DNA from: Azolla caroliniana
Taxonomy: Eukaryota; Plantae; Polypodiophyta
Assembly (NCBI GenBank): GCA_043228905.1
Contig: JBHGNT010000004.1
Span: forward strand, 25,296,001 to 25,360,000
Length of the DNA: 64,000 bases
Reading direction: 5' to 3'
Made by a program: the position numbers and the translations under genes. Under the pieces are notes generated by a model, which was not told the origin of the DNA, searched no databases, and saw nothing but the letters and a program-made list of their open reading frames with translations. Within the stretch, counting starts at the first letter, position 1. The number at the start of each line of letters is the position of its first letter. Positions 62,038-64,000 of this stretch are shown in pieces.

Positions 62038-63060
62038 CCATGTAAGTATCGATAAAATTGATGTTGTGATATGATTTTCATCAAGCTTTGGCATCTAAAC
62101 ATGCTTATGCTCGTTGTGCATATGACCTCCATATCATAAGCTTGTTATAAGCTAAAGGACCTTTTGTGGGCAGAACTATAGGCCAAGAAGACTGAGAAGG
62201 CCAATCATGATTGAGATCGTCAAAATTTATTTTCCACACATGTAGAAGTGAGATATGCTGTTGTGGAGGTTTGATGAGAAATTCATTGAAGATAATGTGC
62301 TCCAACTCTGCGTGAAAGCTCTGAGAACAATCCTGATGATCAATGTTGTTGACCTTTCATATGTTTCTATATGTTTTCACACATGGGAGATATTCCCATG
62401 ACATGGTTGAGAAGTCATGTACGCTAGGAACTACAATCTACATCGATAAAAATATCATCTCCTTCTGAGCTGATCTTGTGAATTTTTTCAATGGTTGTTT
62501 GGTTAGATTCTTCCACCCATTGCTTGTTTACTTGGAAACTATATGTGATACATTCATTCTTTGAAGTATCATGCATGTCCATGCAATGCTCTGAGATTGA
62601 TAAATTGCGCACAAATTTCAGAACCTTCATGATTTCCAGTGCGTGAACTTTGCAATAATGAGAGGTCTATTTATTACATGTGTACATGTTACTTAACAAG
62701 TGGTATTCAAGTAAATGGAGAGACACAGCTTGGAGAAAACATTCATCTACCTTCATATCAATGGTGAAGCTTTGGAGATTTTACATTGTAAATGCCATAC
62801 TGAAACATTTATGGGTAAGCTTTGAAAATAGGAATTTAAATATATGCAAGCAATTTTCATTCTCTCTATCAAAAGAAACCATAGTAATGACATTTATGGG
62901 CAATATGTTAGTTTCTTTGCAAACCCTAGTGTGATTGTACAAGTGTAGCTTTGTCAGACTGATAAAATCTACACCTAAAGGTATATAATGGAGACTTCTG
63001 TGAAAGTAAAAAATGCTTGATCATTTTGGAACCGTAAAAGACAAACAAGTGTAGCTTTTA

Positions 63061-63330
63061 TGTGTGTGCATGGAAAAGCTTAAAGATACAGAAACCACCA
63101 ATTTCATACTACATAGAACAGTTGGTTCATGCAGAAAACACTGCATGCTAACATAATTCTTCTATTCTTCTATTAGAATTACTATATGTGTCCAATACAA
63201 ACAAATGTGACCTTAGATATGTGCACGTAAAAGCTTCAAGATATGGAAACCACCAAATTCATACAGCATTGATTGGCTCATGCAGAAAACACTCCATACT
63301 AGCACAATTCTTCTACTCTTCTTATATTAA
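63061..63330. repeat. Diverged direct repeat of about 115 bp
   Basis: aaagct…agat…gaaaccaccaa.ttcatac…ttgg.tcatgcagaaaacact.cat…aattcttcta at about 63061-63176 and 63220-63330. Confidence 0.8.
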
Positions 63331-64000
63331 TAGTCAATTGCCAAACATGTGGTTGACATAGGCCCTTGCTGCATAAACCATGTGATGATAGTGAAAAATA
63401 TATATTTATTCACAGGCTGGTATAAAGAAGAAAAAGAAACATGCTAGTTTACCGTGTCAGATATAATTTTGAAATTTCAAGACAAATGCAACAAGACAAA
63501 ATTGACTAGAATAGTCATGGACTCTGCTCATATCTGAAGTCCTGTTTACCAAAGAATCCTTGCATTCCTCAACAAATGTAAATAGACAGCTCCACCTTCA
63601 GAGCTCGTTTTTTGCTCTTGCATTTGAATGAATCAACCTTGAACTCTTAGATAGTTCTACAAAAGAATACAAAAAAAACAGGCTTCCATTTAAGCCTCGC
63701 TTTGTAGGTCTTGCTTGCACTTACACAATGCAAACTTCACCTGGAAATACAAATTTCTAACATGTTCCACTTATATGTTTAGAAATTCTGCCTCTGGATC
63801 ACTGCCTTCTTCACCAATAATTTCTATCAAAGGAACCAGTTCAAAAGAGAAAAAAATTAGAGCAAGAAATTAACATTAACTTGTAAATAATTAGTGAGAA
63901 AAAAGGTTACCAATAAGCTTATCAATATTGACAAGAACTAAAGACTAGCCTTTTAAACAAGACTACAGAGTGCCTCCCCCAACGAGGCAATGCTAGTAAC

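Noticed and set aside
62100-64000. 3' end of a minus-strand gene (short open segments at 62424-62666, 63598-63656, 63773-63836)
   Set aside because: I could not join the segments into a stop-free spliced frame or recognise a domain. Needs transcript data or the next window.

Overview
Eukaryotic, land-plant-like nuclear DNA, not a prokaryotic accessory region. The AT-rich spliceosomal introns and LINE families suggest a non-seed plant, which is my inference. Bases 1-31.5 kb are almost all transposon-derived. They contain a tandem LINE-fragment/(CT)n array that ends in an amplification-adapter remnant at a 100-N gap, and a deeply nested stack (RTE-like LINE > hAT-type element > L1/Tx1-like LINE > two Copia elements) apparently inside the first intron of NDUFS4. 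The last four NDUFS4 exons follow, then an intact young Copia inserted in an older Copia. Bases 32-62 kb hold intron-rich genes: PDS5-like (+), SEC22 (+), BRX1 (-) and a divergent DUF1639-like gene (+). The best novelty candidates are a LINE family that may target (GA)n microsatellites, a CCGG-rich intact Copia with hairpin repeats in its LTRs, and an (AG)22 tract just upstream of an obligatory SEC22 splice acceptor. All family assignments come from motif recognition by eye. No database search was run.
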